Origin: Cetorhinus maximus
Taxonomy: Eukaryota
NCBI RefSeq assembly: GCF_964194155.1
Contig: NC_135898.1
Span: 77,934,001-77,998,000, forward strand
Direction of reading: 5' to 3'
Length of the DNA stretch: 64,000 nucleotides
Part shown: in pieces, positions 63,414-64,000 of the stretch
How the letters are laid out: each line of letters begins with the position of its first letter
Numbering within the stretch: position 1 is the stretch's first letter
Notes under the pieces: model-generated
Seen by the model: only the letters and a program-made list of their open reading frames with translations
Database searches by the model: none
What the model was told of the DNA's origin: nothing
Translations under genes and position numbers: made by a program

Positions 63414-63444
63414 CTGGTTCATCATACACATAGCCAATGTCCAG
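63414..63444 (-). CDS. MYOF: MYOF exon ~10, LDIGYVYDEP(G), 31 nt
   Basis: tttttcag|CTG...CCA G|gtgggt; matches human IDVGFVYDEPG. Confidence 0.9.
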
Positions 63445-64000
63445 CTGAAAAACAAATGAAATGGTTAACCTCTAAGTCTGACTTATTTTGCAGAAAGTTC
63501 AGCATGTGACAAATGGTAATGGGTTATCAGGGAATTATGCACTGCAGACTGCATTAACTGCCAATCTAAAATGATTAGGGGGATTTCTAACAAAATATTA
63601 AACAATTACAATTAAATGACTGTACATTAGGTCACCACACTGTCCTTTAATGATGGGAAGACAGTTGCTGCTTAAGGCAGGATCGGTGACAGGAGTTGCT
63701 CATTGTTTGTGTCGGCTTCAAGACAAAGCTGCCCAAATTTTAGCAGCATCCATTAAATTTGTGGAAGACATAACTCAGAACAGTCTGAAACTTTGGAAAT
63801 CTGGGATTTTAAGATAATAAGCAACTAACCCTTCACTATTATACTAGACATCAGAACACCAGTCTGCCCTACACTCGAATTTATTAAATTTTTTTTGAAA
63901 AAGGCTGATAAATGTTTAGCAAATGATGACTATTTCATAAACTATAATTTAACTCCTAAACAGGTGTCAAAGTCAGGGGAGAAAACAAAGTATATGGACT

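Larger units (their letters stand above)
1428..63444 (-). other. MYOF: Myoferlin gene, internal portion (about exons 10-40); both ends lie outside the window
   Basis: Chain of GT-AG exons with matching phases. The joined translation follows human myoferlin motifs ([52 protein letters not shown]) more closely than dysferlin, compared from memory. Confidence 0.95.

Noticed and set aside
1428-63444. Assignment as dysferlin, FER1L5 or otoferlin
   Set aside because: The DysF domain excludes otoferlin-type ferlins. Motifs such as [25 protein letters not shown] and the 38a peptide match myoferlin; a ferlin phylogeny would confirm.

Overview
This is eukaryotic vertebrate DNA, most likely an elasmobranch (shark), inferred from its HE1-type SINE/HER1-type LINE, Deu-domain SINE and Penelope repeat content. 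The whole window lies inside one minus-strand ferlin gene, myoferlin (MYOF). I traced 32 GT-AG exons with consistent phases from 63444 down to 1428. They correspond to human MYOF exons about 10-40 (end of C2B, FerI, C2C, FerA/FerB, nested DysF, C2D, C2DE and the linker before C2E); the numbering is by comparison with the human protein from memory. Both gene ends lie outside the window. Most ORFs in the supplied track are spurious or retroelement debris. Most interesting observations: (1) a splicing-variable linker after exon 38 with a clear counterpart of human cassette exon 38a, a 9-nt microexon and two further in-frame candidate exons; (2) a 39-nt exon-17 cassette with two in-frame donors; (3) a SINE-donated in-frame donor that could add 48 aa inside DysF; (4) palindromic Penelope-like insertions carrying minimal hammerhead ribozyme motifs; (5) two solo LTRs and a short templated insertion. 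No prokaryotic-type system (CRISPR etc.) is present.
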